The notes: a model not told the origin generated them from the sequence alone. A DNA stretch of 64,000 nucleotides from an uncultured Acidobacteriota bacterium (GCA_963813155.1 CAWEYG010000001.1:256001-320000); one strand, 5' to 3'; shown: positions 50,060 through 59,961, counted from the first letter of the stretch. Numbers and translations: made by a program.

Positions 50060-50896
50060 ATGGCATTTCAGGGATCACTCAAAGAGCTTCCGGTGCCGGA
50101 CATCGTTCAGTTGATGTCCGTGTCGGGAAAGACGGGAGTTTTCACCCTCGTCCGCGGAGGCGATCGCGGCTACATCTACCTGAAAAACGGCCAGATGGTG
50201 CACAGTCAAATCGGCGAGGTGAGCGGCGAGGAAGCCGTGTACGCGCTCGCGATCTGGTCTTCCGGCGATTTTCAGTTCTCCCCGAACGAAGAAACCGACC
50301 AGAACACGATCCACAAGTCGAATACGAGTCTTCTCATGGAGGCGGCGCGGCGGCTGGACGAGTGGAAGGTCCTGTCCAAGAAGATCCCCGGAGTCGACTG
50401 CGTTCCGATCCTGCGGGAGCGGGAGAGCCCGGAACCCGTCACGCTGTCGCCCCAGGAATGGAATCTCACCGGAAAGATCGACGGCCAGCGGTCGATCGAG
50501 GAAATCGCGAAATTGAACCGGACTTCTCCGTTCGACGTCGCCAAGACGCTCTACGGGCTGGTCGCCGCCGATCTCGTGGAGCTGCGGACGAAGGATTCTC
50601 TCCACCCCGTTTCCGCTCCGCAGGTTCCGGCGGCGCTCGGCGATGAAAAAAAAATTCTCATGATCCTCTGCACCCGCGTCAAGCAGGAAGCCGAGGCGAC
50701 GATGGGTGAACAGAATCTTCCCGGCATCGATCGGCCCTATCGCCAGGCGCTCGCCGAGATCGACCGCGGAAGGGGAATCGAAGCCGTTCGCGATTTCATC
50801 CGCCAGACCGAACAGACGATTTCGGCGCTGAGGGGCGCGACTCCCATGCGGGCGTTCCAGGAGAAAATGTCGCTCGTGATGCAGCCGAAGATCTGA
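50060..50896 (+). CDS. DUF4388 (PATAN-like) domain protein
   Basis: MAFQGSLKELPVPDIVQLMSVSGKTG, GEEAVYAL, WSSGDFQF, LLMEAARRLDE, IDGQRSIEEI. Confidence 0.85.
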   Translation: MAFQGSLKELPVPDIVQLMSVSGKTGVFTLVRGGDRGYIYLKNGQMVHSQIGEVSGEEAVYALAIWSSGDFQFSPNEETDQNTIHKSNTSLLMEAARRLDEWKVLSKKIPGVDCVPILRERESPEPVTLSPQEWNLTGKIDGQRSIEEIAKLNRTSPFDVAKTLYGLVAADLVELRTKDSLHPVSAPQVPAALGDEKKILMILCTRVKQEAEATMGEQNLPGIDRPYRQALAEIDRGRGIEAVRDFIRQTEQTISALRGATPMRAFQEKMSLVMQPKI

Positions 50897-50935
50897 AATT
50901 CTCCCCTCGCGAACCCGCCCTCGAGCCAAAAAGTC

Positions 50936-50964
50936 TTTCAAACAGCAGGGTTTTCCCTTATAAT
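50936..50964 (+). promoter_or_regulatory. Sigma70 promoter of the OmpA-family gene
   Basis: TTTCAA-N17-TATAAT; AAAGGAG RBS before ATG 51044. Confidence 0.6.
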
Positions 50965-51043
50965 CCCCTCAAGTTCCGGCACGGCCGGTCGCAACGATCC
51001 GTGGCTAGATTGGCTTCCTCGTGATCTGGAGAAAGGAGCTTCT

Positions 51044-52462
51044 ATGAAGGTCGCGCGCCGAGCGCCTGCGCTTCTGGCGGTCACCCTCCTCATGTTCCCG
51101 CTGGTCCTGTCGGCACAGATCTCGAACGGAACGATCGGGTACAGCGCGGCCGTCCCCTCGCCGTATGCCGGGCCGATCGCTCCCGACTTCGACGGCGAGA
51201 TCGGCCTCTTCACGATCCCGACCGGCGACACGCTTCCCGCGCGCGGGTTTTCGCTCGGAGTGTACGGCCAGAACATCAAGCTGATCGCGGGACAGAATCC
51301 CGACGTGCCCGTCGACGAGAAACACCGTCTGTTCGAAAAATCCTCGGTGAATTTCAGCCTCGGGTACGGTCTCGGAAGCCACGCGGAAGTCTTCGCGTCC
51401 GCCGGCGAGGATCGCTGGGAGAGCCGCGGCGGATGGGTGGACGGCTACGTCAACGGGCTCGAGCTTCCGGACCAGTTCCGGCAGGACGAGGCGCGCAAGC
51501 TGCGGATCGGGATGAAGGTCGCCCTGTGGGACATCGGGACGAGGGCGCGATTCGCGCTGTATGCGGCCGTTCACGCCCCGATCACGAACAACGACACCGA
51601 CGTGAACACCCGCCGCACCGATTGGCAGTTCGGGCTCTCCGCGAGCGACGGCATCGTCACGGGCAACGTCGACTACATCCTGTCGGGCCGCCGCTCGACC
51701 GATCCGGACATCCGCGCTCCCAACCGAATCCGCTTCGCCGTCGGCACCGACGTGCCGCTCGGGCCGGTGCACTGGATCTCGGAAATCGACCGCAACATCT
51801 TCGACGGGCCGGACTTCAAGCCGCCCGACTATTCGAACCTCCTCACCGGCGTGCGCTTCTTCTTCGGGCACTCGGGATGGGCCGTGTCGGCCGCGCTCGG
51901 CGCCAACCTCGATCAGCTCGGGCGAAACGGCTTCTCTCCTTCGCCGGTGGGCGGCCTTCTCGGGCTGACCTACTCTCCGTTCCCGGCGCCGCCCGAGCCC
52001 CCGAAACCGCTGCCGCCGGTCCAGGCGAAGGTCGAAGAGACGCAAACGGAGGTCGCCGTCGTTCCGGCGCCGGTCGAGGCCGCGCCGCCGGCTGCCGTTC
52101 CGGCTCCGCAACCGAGAACGACGACCGACACGATTCAGTTCGACCGAGGAGCCCGGTTGACCAACATCGCGAAGGCGATCCTGGACGGAGTCGCCCTTCG
52201 GATGAAGAACGACCTGAATTCCACGGCCGTGATTACCGGATACTCCGACAACGCCGGCAGCGAAGACGCGAACCTCCGGATGTCGCAGCAGCGCGCCGAC
52301 GCGGCGAGGGCCTATCTCATCGAGCGCCACGGAATCGACGCCGCCCGCATCCGGACCGAGTCGAAGGGCTCGACGGAACCCGCGGCCGACAACTCGACCG
52401 AAGAGGGCCGCGCCAAGAATCGGCGCGCGGTCATCGTCGTCACGTTCGTCTCCGGTTCATGA
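51044..52462 (+). CDS. OmpA-family outer-membrane protein
   Basis: Signal peptide, beta-rich N-domain, Pro linker, OmpA_C motifs GYSD, NLRMSQQRA, GRAKNRR. Confidence 0.88.
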   Translation: MKVARRAPALLAVTLLMFPLVLSAQISNGTIGYSAAVPSPYAGPIAPDFDGEIGLFTIPTGDTLPARGFSLGVYGQNIKLIAGQNPDVPVDEKHRLFEKSSVNFSLGYGLGSHAEVFASAGEDRWESRGGWVDGYVNGLELPDQFRQDEARKLRIGMKVALWDIGTRARFALYAAVHAPITNNDTDVNTRRTDWQFGLSASDGIVTGNVDYILSGRRSTDPDIRAPNRIRFAVGTDVPLGPVHWISEIDRNIFDGPDFKPPDYSNLLTGVRFFFGHSGWAVSAALGANLDQLGRNGFSPSPVGGLLGLTYSPFPAPPEPPKPLPPVQAKVEETQTEVAVVPAPVEAAPPAAVPAPQPRTTTDTIQFDRGARLTNIAKAILDGVALRMKNDLNSTAVITGYSDNAGSEDANLRMSQQRADAARAYLIERHGIDAARIRTESKGSTEPAADNSTEEGRAKNRRAVIVVTFVSGS

Positions 52463-52487
52463 TCTTTCGAACGGCCAAGGCTTTCTC

Positions 52488-52515
52488 ACCCCCTCCGCCG
52501 GAGGGGGTTTTTTTT
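52488..52515 (+). terminator. Rho-independent terminator
   Basis: ACCCCCTCC-GCC-GGAGGGGGT followed by a T tract. Confidence 0.85.
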
Positions 52516-52523
52516 CACGCGGG

Positions 52524-53624
52524 ATGAGCGGGCCCTCGGACCCGCCGCCCCGTCCCGGGCCGGCGAACTCCCGCAGCCTGGCTTTTCTGGCTCTTCTCGC
52601 GGCGATCGCGCTGCTCTGGGTCGGCCAGGCCTTCTTCGTCACGCTGCTGTTTTCCCTCTTCCTGTCCCTCGCGCTGCGGCCGTTCGTTTCGCTGCTCGAG
52701 CGCGCGAGGATGCCCCGGGTCATCGCGATCTCGCTCGTTCTCGCGATCCTGATCGGCGCGGTCGTGCTGCTCGTCGTCAACGTTTCGGCCCAGCTGCAGC
52801 AGTTCTATCTCGACCTGCCCCTGTACCAGAACAAGATCCGCGACCTCACGACCCGCGCGACCGATTTCATCCGCGGAATCCAGGAACGGACGGGCAGCAT
52901 TCTTCCGGAGGACAACACCCGCGGAATCCGCGAGGTGAAAATCTCCGAATCCTCGTCGACGACGATTCGAGCGTTCCTCTCCCGGGTCGGTTCGACGCTC
53001 TCGATCCTTCTCTCGGCCGGCGCGGTCCCCTTTCTCTCGTTCCTCATGTTGAAGGACCGGGAGAAGTTCGGCCGGGCCCTTTCGGGACTTCTCCGCCGCA
53101 GCCCGCGGTTCGCCCGTTTCGACATCGTGACGGCTGTTTCGCGGTCGCTGACGGCGTATGCCGTCGGCGAATCCTTCGTCGTGCTCATCATGGCCGCCGC
53201 GACGACGCTGTCGCTCATGCTGCTCAAGATCAATTACTTCTACATCCTCGGCCCGCTGGCGGGCGTTTGCGTTCTCGTTCCGTACGTCGGCGTGATCATT
53301 TCGACGGTTCCGGCGATCATCGCGGCCTTTCTGCAGGCGGGGGGCCGCGAGGCCATCACCGTCCTGATCCTCTACTCGGCGCTCCAGTTCCTGGAGGGAA
53401 ACGTGCTCACCCCGTTCATCGTCGGGGGCAAGGTTCGCCTCTTCCCGCTGACGGTTCTCGTCGCTTTTCTCTTCTGGGGAACGCTCTGGGGAGTCGCGGG
53501 AGCGATTCTCGCGGTTCCCCTGACGTCCGCCATCAAGGTCGTCTGCGAGAACGTCGAGGGGTGGGAACCCGTCGCGCGCCTCCTCGGCGAAGCGGACGCC
53601 CCGCCGCCGCCCGAAGCGATCTGA
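52524..53624 (+). CDS. AI-2E family transporter
   Basis: Multi-TM; LVPYVG, QFLEGNVLTPFIVG, WGVAGAILAVP. Confidence 0.9.
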   Translation: MSGPSDPPPRPGPANSRSLAFLALLAAIALLWVGQAFFVTLLFSLFLSLALRPFVSLLERARMPRVIAISLVLAILIGAVVLLVVNVSAQLQQFYLDLPLYQNKIRDLTTRATDFIRGIQERTGSILPEDNTRGIREVKISESSSTTIRAFLSRVGSTLSILLSAGAVPFLSFLMLKDREKFGRALSGLLRRSPRFARFDIVTAVSRSLTAYAVGESFVVLIMAAATTLSLMLLKINYFYILGPLAGVCVLVPYVGVIISTVPAIIAAFLQAGGREAITVLILYSALQFLEGNVLTPFIVGGKVRLFPLTVLVAFLFWGTLWGVAGAILAVPLTSAIKVVCENVEGWEPVARLLGEADAPPPPEAI

Positions 53625-53636
53625 AAGGGCCGCTCC

Positions 53637-54518
53637 CTAGACGATCCCTTCCCGGACAGACATCGCCGCGCCGAGAAGCCCCGCGGCCGCTCCCGCGAGG
53701 GGAAAAATCGCGAGGGCCGACAGCGGAAAGAAACGCACCCAGAAGATCGAGAGAACCGGGTGCGGCGAGAGCTGGAGGAACCGCGTCGCCGCGGCGTACG
53801 TCGCGGTGAGCAGCACGAGGGCGAGAACGCCTCCGCAAGCGCCTTCGAGAGCGCCGTGGAGCCAGAAAGGCGCCCGAATTTTCGCTTCCGTCGCGCCCAT
53901 CAGACGCATGATCTCCACCTCGTCGCGATGCTGGTCGAGCGCAAGGCGAACCGCGGAAGCCACGGAGAAGATCCCCGCGAGGCACAGGACCCCTCCGAGC
54001 ACGTAGGCGAATCGCTTCACCACGGAAACGGCGTCCCGAAATCGGGTCTCGAAGACCGCTTCCTCCTGAACCTGCTCGACGCCCGGCAGCTTGCGCGCCT
54101 TCGAAGCGAGCCGCGTGGAGGAGTCGAGGGAGCTCCGCGCCAGAACGATCTCCAGGACGGTCGGAAATTCGAGATCCGGCAGGCGCAGCAGGGCGGGCCG
54201 CAGGTCCGGAAACGCGGTGAGAAAGTGCTCGCGCGCCGCCGAAGGGCGCACGATCCGGACCCGGGTGACTCCGGCCTCTCCCGCGATCGACGCGGCGACC
54301 GCCCTCGCGTCGGCCTGGGGCGCCAGCGTCACGACGAGAGACGGAGGCACTTCCACGTTCGACGCGAGGCGCGAGACGTTCTGCGTGAGCAGCAGGAGAA
54401 GGCCGGGAATGTAGAGCGCGAGAGTGATCAATCCGACGGCGAGCACCGTGAGCCCGGGACCGCTTCGCGCGATCGACCAGGCCTCCGCGAAGGCGTGGCG
54501 CAGCGCGACCCGGATCAC
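53637..54518 (-). CDS. ftsX: Cell division permease-like protein FtsX
   Basis: 4-TM layout, [21 protein letters not shown]; directly downstream of ftsE. Confidence 0.88.
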   Translation of the reverse strand: MIRVALRHAFAEAWSIARSGPGLTVLAVGLITLALYIPGLLLLLTQNVSRLASNVEVPPSLVVTLAPQADARAVAASIAGEAGVTRVRIVRPSAAREHFLTAFPDLRPALLRLPDLEFPTVLEIVLARSSLDSSTRLASKARKLPGVEQVQEEAVFETRFRDAVSVVKRFAYVLGGVLCLAGIFSVASAVRLALDQHRDEVEIMRLMGATEAKIRAPFWLHGALEGACGGVLALVLLTATYAAATRFLQLSPHPVLSIFWVRFFPLSALAIFPLAGAAAGLLGAAMSVREGIV

Positions 54519-55228
54519 GCCATTGGAAGGAAAGGCGCTTCCCGCGCGGCGAGAGCGGCGGCGGGTCGGATCTCGACCTCGCGAAGCCGGCCGCGCTCGA
54601 GCGTGAGAACCCTCTTCCCCATTCGCCGGATGAGCTCGATGTCGTGCGTCGCGATGACCACAACGGTCCCGCGCAGGTTGATCTCCGCGAACAGATGCAT
54701 GATCTCCTGCGAGAGCGCCGGATCGAGATTTCCGGTCGGCTCGTCCGCGAGCAGCAGCTGCGGCTCGTTGACGAGGGCCCTCGCGATCGCGACCCTCTGC
54801 TGCTCGCCGCCCGAGAGCTCCGGAGGGTAGGCGTTCATCCGGTAGTGAAGCCCGACCTGCTTCAGGACCTGGTACGCCCGCCTCTTCTGTTCCGCCGGAG
54901 CGGTGCCCAGGATGTTCTGGACGAACGCGAGGTTTTCAAAGACGGTCTTGCGCGCGATGAGCTTGAAGTCCTGGAACACGATCCCGACGGTCCGGCGGAA
55001 GTACGGAAGCTTCGAACGGGGAAGGACCCCGATGTTGCGGCCGTTGACGACGATCTGGCCCTCGCTCGGCAGCTCGTCGCGAAAGAGAAGCCGGAGCAGC
55101 GTGGTCTTTCCAGCGCCGGAAGGCCCCGTGAGGAAAACGAACTCCCCCTTCGCGACGCTGAAGGAGACGTCGATCAGCGCGTGCCGGTAGTGGCCGTAGT
55201 CCTTCGAGACGTGGAAAACGTCGATCAC
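54515..55228 (-). CDS. ftsE: Cell division ATP-binding protein FtsE
   Basis: [50 protein letters not shown] overlap with the gatB stop. Confidence 0.94.
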   Translation of the reverse strand: MIDVFHVSKDYGHYRHALIDVSFSVAKGEFVFLTGPSGAGKTTLLRLLFRDELPSEGQIVVNGRNIGVLPRSKLPYFRRTVGIVFQDFKLIARKTVFENLAFVQNILGTAPAEQKRRAYQVLKQVGLHYRMNAYPPELSGGEQQRVAIARALVNEPQLLLADEPTGNLDPALSQEIMHLFAEINLRGTVVVIATHDIELIRRMGKRVLTLERGRLREVEIRPAAALAAREAPFLPMA

Positions 55229-56695
55229 GCGTCGAGCAGCTTTCGGAGGATCTCGGTCAGAACCGCCGGATCGGCCCGCCCGCCCGTCGCCTTCATCGCC
55301 TGTCCGACGAACCAGCCGAGCGTGGCCTTCTTCCCGGCGCGGTAGAGCGCGACCTGTTTCTCGTTGTCGCGAAGAATCGCCTCGACGGCCGGGAGAAGTG
55401 TCGAAGTATCCGCAAGGAGCGTGAGGTTCTTCGATCGGATGATTTCGGAAGGAGACCCTCCGCTCGCGACCATTTCCTCCAGGACGACCTTTCCGGCCGA
55501 CCCCGAGATCTGACCCGACTCCACGGCCCGCAGCAGCTCGCTCAGGGCGGCCGGAGAAACGGAGAACTTGCCCGCGTCCTCCCCGCTCAGGCCTTTCTCC
55601 TTCATCCATCGAAGGACTTCCCCCGAGACCCACGCCGATGCCAGCCGCGGCGAAATCGAAGCCGCGACCGCCTCGAAATACTCCGCCAGCGGCCGCGCCG
55701 AAGCGAAGAGTTCCGCGTCGGATTCGGGAATCCCGTACTGCGACTCGAGACGGATCTTCTTCGCACGCGGCGTCTCGCGCAGGGAAGAGCTCACCTGCAC
55801 GATCCACTCCTCGGCGATCTCCAGCGTCCCCAGGTCGGGCTCGGGGAAATAGCGGTAGTCGTGCGCTTCTTCCTTGCTTCGCATCGCTCGCGTGCTGTTC
55901 GTCGCGACGTCGAACAGACGCGTCTCCTGGACGATCGGCAGCCCCGACGCCATCGCCTCGGCCTGGCGCTCGGCTTCGTGCTCGATCGCCCGGCCGACGT
56001 TGCGAATCGAGTTCATGTTTTTCACCTCGACGCGGGTGCCGTAGGGATCGGTCTCCGAACGCCGGACGGAGATGTTCGCGTCGCAGCGCAGGTTGCCCTC
56101 CTCCATGTTCGCGTCGGAGATCGAAAGCGCGCGGAGGAGCTTGCGGAGCTCCGTCAGATACGCCATCGCCTCCGCGGCGGACCGGATCGAGGGCTCCGAC
56201 ACGATCTCCAGCAGGGCCACCCCGGCGCGATTCCACTCGACGAGGGTGACCGTGTTCGGAACGTCGGGAAACGGGTTTTCGTGGAGCGACTTCCCCGCGT
56301 CTTCCTCGAGGTGCGCGCGCACGAGCGGGACGGACTTCGACGCCGCGTCCGTTCCGATCTCGATCGCCCCGCCCGTGCAGATCGGGCGGTCGAACTGGGT
56401 GATCTGGTAACCCTTCGGCAAATCCGGATAGAAAGTAGTTCTTTCGCGCAAAACGGGACTGGCGGTGGATCGTCGCTCCCACCGCGAGCCCAAACCGGAT
56501 CGCGAGAGTCACGGCCTCGCGGTTGACGACCGGCAGGGTGCCGGGAAATCCGAGGCAGACGGGGCAGGTCGCGCTGTTCGGTTCGGCCGCGAACGTCGCC
56601 GGGCAGGGGCAGAACATCTTGGAGGAGGTCGCGAGCTGCGCGTGGACTTCCAGGCCGATCACCGGAAACACCTTCAGTTTTTCAGCGACCGGCAT
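55225..56695 (-). CDS. gatB: Asp/Glu-tRNA amidotransferase subunit B (apparent +1 frameshift near 56432)
   Basis: IGLEVHAQL...RKNYF in one frame; [43 protein letters not shown] in the next. Confidence 0.96.
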
Positions 56696-57908
56696 CGAGG
56701 AATTTTACCCGAAGTGCCGGCAAAGCTGGAAGGGCGGCGGCCGAGCGAAGCGCGCGCGCCAGGTCTTCGACGAGATCGTCCGGATGCTCGAGCCCGATCG
56801 AAAGCCGAAGGAGGTTGGGCGGCGTCGTCGAAGCGGCCCCCTCCATGGAATGCCGGTGTTCGACGAGACTCTCCGTTCCCCCGAGACTCGTCGCGTTCGT
56901 GAAGAGCCGAAGGCGGGAGGCGGCGGCGATCGCTTCGTCGCGGCCTCCTTTCACGCGGAAGGAAAGCATGCCGCCAAACGCGCGCATCTGCCGCGCGGCG
57001 ATGGCGTGGCCGGCGTCGGACGGCAGCCCGGGATAGTGCACCGCTTCGACCCGCGGATTCCCTTCGAGCGCGCGGGCGACCGCGAGGGCGTTGGAGGAAT
57101 GCTTCTCGACGCGGCAGGCCAGCGAGCGCATGCCGCGCAGGACGAGCCAGCTGTTGAACGGCGACGAGACGCCGCCGAGGATCGACCGGTTGTGGAGCGC
57201 CGATTCGTGCAGAGCGCCGCGTTCCCGGAAGACGAGCGCGCCGCCCTGCACGTCGCTGTGCCCGCCGAAATATTTCGTCGTGGCGTGCAGGACCGCGTCG
57301 AAGCCCAGATCGATCGGCCGCTGGAGAATCGGCGTCGCGAACGTGTTGTCAGCGACCGCGAGCGCCCCCGCCCCTTTCGCGAGCTCCGAAACGGCCGAGA
57401 GGTCGACGACTTTCATCAGCGGGTTCGAGGGCGTTTCGACCCAGACGAGCCGGGTCTCCGGGCGGACGGCGCGCTTCACGTTGTCGAGGTTTTGCATGTC
57501 GACCGCGGACGAATCGATTCGCCAGCGAGGCAGGAACTCCGAGGCCAGCACCCGGAAGTGATAGTAGATGTCGTCGGGAAAAATCACGTGCGCGCCGGCG
57601 GGAAGCGACTGGAGAAGTGCGGTCCCCGCGGCCATCCCGGACGCAAAGGCGAGCGCGGCCTTTCCCCCTTCGAGAGCCGCGAGGGCTTCTTCCAGCCGTG
57701 ACTGCGTGGGGTTCGAATCCCGGATGTAGACGAAACCCCGCGGCGACGACGAGTCCGGCTCGTGCTCGAAAGTCGTGGACAGATGAATCGGAGGGGCGAG
57801 CGCTCCGGTGGCGGGATCGACTTCCGAGCCCGCGTGGACCGCGATCGTTTCGACTCTCCATTCGGACGCTCCGTCGAGCTTCCGGCGGTCAACAGTGTCG
57901 GGCGCCAA
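56682..57908 (-). CDS. PLP-dependent trans-sulfuration enzyme (cystathionine gamma-synthase/lyase family)
   Basis: [45 protein letters not shown]. Confidence 0.92.
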   Translation of the reverse strand: MAPDTVDRRKLDGASEWRVETIAVHAGSEVDPATGALAPPIHLSTTFEHEPDSSSPRGFVYIRDSNPTQSRLEEALAALEGGKAALAFASGMAAGTALLQSLPAGAHVIFPDDIYYHFRVLASEFLPRWRIDSSAVDMQNLDNVKRAVRPETRLVWVETPSNPLMKVVDLSAVSELAKGAGALAVADNTFATPILQRPIDLGFDAVLHATTKYFGGHSDVQGGALVFRERGALHESALHNRSILGGVSSPFNSWLVLRGMRSLACRVEKHSSNALAVARALEGNPRVEAVHYPGLPSDAGHAIAARQMRAFGGMLSFRVKGGRDEAIAAASRLRLFTNATSLGGTESLVEHRHSMEGAASTTPPNLLRLSIGLEHPDDLVEDLARALRSAAALPALPALRVKFLDAGR

Positions 57909-57916
57909 GCGAGCAG

Positions 57917-57924
57917 ATTATAGT
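57917..57924. promoter_or_regulatory. Overlapping back-to-back -10 boxes
   Basis: TATAAT on the minus strand (57922-17) and TATAGT on the plus strand (57919-24), 8 and 7 nt from the two divergent start codons. Confidence 0.6.
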
Positions 57925-57931
57925 TGTCCGC

Positions 57932-58630
57932 GTGAAGGCGTGCGCCGAACGATCGCGGAACGGTGCCCTCGTCGCGTTTTCGGTCCGGGGCGAGGCCCCG
58001 CCGGACGAGCCTTCCGCGACCGCCCACCTGGCGAGAGAATTCGCCTCCGGCCTGGGGCACGAGCGGCTTCCGATCGCGCGCGCGACGCAAGTCCACGGAA
58101 CGACCGTTCTCGAAGCGGACCGCTCCCTCGCCGAGGGATCCGTCGTCCTGCTCGGCGAGGGGGACATCCTCGTGACCGCGACGCCCCGCCTCGCGCTCGT
58201 CGTTCAGACGGCGGACTGCGTGCCGATCCTGCTCGTCTCGCCCGTCGCCGTCGCCGCGGTCCACGCGGGATGGCGGGGAACGGCGCTCGGCGCGGCGACG
58301 GCGGCTGTTCGCGACCTGCGCAGCCGTTACGGCATCGACCCGCAGACGCTGTCGGCCCACATCGGGCCCAGCATCGGGACCTGCTGCTACGAAGTCGGGG
58401 GCGACGTCGGGGCGCAATTCGCGGGCGAATTCCTGCGGCGGGATTGCGGCGGAAAATTCCGGCTCGACCTGCGGGCCGCGAACCGGTCGCAGCTCGAGGC
58501 GGCGGGAGTTCTTCCGGCCAACATCGACACGGTCCCGCTCTGCACGATGTGCGGCGGCGAGAACCTCGCGTCGTACCGCCGGGACGGGCGAAACGCCGGC
58601 CGGATGATCGCGATCGTCGCGCGGCTCTAG
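57932..58630 (+). CDS. pgeF: Peptidoglycan editing factor PgeF (YfiH/laccase-domain protein)
   Basis: QVHG, TADCVPIL, VHAGWRG, IGPSI..CCYEV, CTMC, SYRR, GRM. Confidence 0.9.
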   Translation: MKACAERSRNGALVAFSVRGEAPPDEPSATAHLAREFASGLGHERLPIARATQVHGTTVLEADRSLAEGSVVLLGEGDILVTATPRLALVVQTADCVPILLVSPVAVAAVHAGWRGTALGAATAAVRDLRSRYGIDPQTLSAHIGPSIGTCCYEVGGDVGAQFAGEFLRRDCGGKFRLDLRAANRSQLEAAGVLPANIDTVPLCTMCGGENLASYRRDGRNAGRMIAIVARL

Positions 58631-58640
58631 TAGGGGGTTC

Positions 58641-58771
58641 CTCGCCTGGGGCGGGTGGCGCGGGGCGAGACTCCCTTTTGCCGCTCGCGACGCGGGTGTA
58701 GCAAAGTCTTCAGGCTCGCGGCGAGCGGAAAAGCGGAGCGAGTCCCGCGACAGGACCCGCGCTCGGCCGAG
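58641..58771 (+). repeat. Long imperfect inverted repeat / candidate structured RNA
   Basis: Arms pair over about 55 nt (CCGCTCGC/GCGAGCGG, TTTT/AAAA, CTCC/GGAG, CGCGGG/CCCGCG, GCGGGT/ACCCGC, CTCG/CGAG). Confidence 0.6.
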
Positions 58772-58848
58772 CTGCAGCTGGGGCTGACCGCGACGACGTC
58801 AAACGAGACACCCTTCCGGGGTTATCATCTTCTCGTGCGAGGGCTGAA

Positions 58849-59055
58849 ATGACGAAATCCCATGCCACGGCAGAAGTCTTCTGGACGGCCTTTAAGGCGC
58901 TTCCGAGAAAACAGCGCGCCGAAGTACTGCGCCTGGTGGCTTCGGACGAGAAAATGCGGCGCGACCTCCTCGACCTTTCAACGTTTGAAGCTCGCAGCAG
59001 TGAGCCCAGCCGCTTGCTACGCTCGACTCGTGCCGCGCGAAAACGCCGCGCTTAA
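58849..59055 (+). CDS. Putative antitoxin
   Basis: 68-aa ORF ending 6 nt before a RelE-like toxin. Confidence 0.65.
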   Translation: MTKSHATAEVFWTAFKALPRKQRAEVLRLVASDEKMRRDLLDLSTFEARSSEPSRLLRSTRAARKRRA

Positions 59056-59061
59056 GATTTC

Positions 59062-59316
59062 GTGTCGTTCGAAGTCCGGCTCAAACGCAGTGCCGAAAAG
59101 GAACTCGATCAGCTTCCCGCAAAGATTCGCGAGCGAATCGAACGCAGGCTCTTGCTTCTGGAGGATTCGCCGTTTCCTTCGGGAGCGAAAAGGCTCCAGG
59201 GCAACGAGCGCTTTCGCCTGAGAGTCGGCGATTACCGAGTCCTGTACGAAGTCGATCACGCGGCACAAGTCATTCAGATCGTCGCGATCGGACACCGAGG
59301 GGAGGTTTACCGGTAG
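59062..59316 (+). CDS. RelE/ParE-family type II toxin
   Basis: AEKELDQLP, KRLQG, FRLRVGDYRVLY, IGHRGEVYR. Confidence 0.9.
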   Translation: MSFEVRLKRSAEKELDQLPAKIRERIERRLLLLEDSPFPSGAKRLQGNERFRLRVGDYRVLYEVDHAAQVIQIVAIGHRGEVYR

Positions 59317-59394
59317 AAGCGCTCTCGAGCATACCCCGCCCCTGGGGCGTCTCGACTCCAAACCGTCTCCTCATCTCGAGACAGCTCGCGCAGT

Positions 59395-59931
59395 TTAGTC
59401 CGACCGAACAAACTCGGTGTCCCTCTCGACGAAGAAAGACTTACTCCAGCATTCCCACACCCCGGCAGGCGCGGTGTTGGGAGTGTCCGGCGAAAAAACC
59501 GAGTGAACGCGATACCAGCCACGCCTGACGCGATAAGAGTTGCCTAAAGCTCGCTCCTCAACGTGTGACCAGGCCATCGAGCTCAGCCCACCCCGAACGG
59601 GATAGGATGAAAAGGTGTGACCACTCCAGTGAGAATAGGGGCGGCAGCGTGGAACGTCATTTCGTTTCGCTCGTTCCACGAACATTCCCACTTTGACTTC
59701 CGGCTCCAAGAGAAAAATCTCTGATCGACGCCCTGCCCGAATCTGGAGCGCGACATCATCCGCGGTTGGAAAGGTGACCGCCGTCACATCCATGCTGACC
59801 GGACAGATGGCGTGTCCGTTGTCGGTTCCCGCGAGGACACGAACCGGCAAAATCGTCAGAACGCAGACCAAGGCACTGACGATCGCCGAAAGGCTACCAA
59901 GAACCCGCTGTGAACTCGTTCGCCTAGACAT
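59395..59931 (-). CDS. Hypothetical exported protein
   Basis: N-terminal hydrophobic signal-like segment; visibly more A/T-rich than flanking genes; no recognisable motif. Confidence 0.5.
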   Translation of the reverse strand: MSRRTSSQRVLGSLSAIVSALVCVLTILPVRVLAGTDNGHAICPVSMDVTAVTFPTADDVALQIRAGRRSEIFLLEPEVKVGMFVERAKRNDVPRCRPYSHWSGHTFSSYPVRGGLSSMAWSHVEERALGNSYRVRRGWYRVHSVFSPDTPNTAPAGVWECWSKSFFVERDTEFVRSD

Positions 59932-59961
59932 CTTCCGCGGTAATCCGCCCCAGTCCCGGCT

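Noticed and set aside
50965-51043. Possible riboswitch in the OmpA-family 5' UTR
   Set aside because: Only short hairpins; no recognisable aptamer consensus.
54515-56695. Apparent GatB-FtsE fusion ORF (726 aa)
   Set aside because: Caused by the +1 insertion in gatB; ftsE has its own GTG at 55228.
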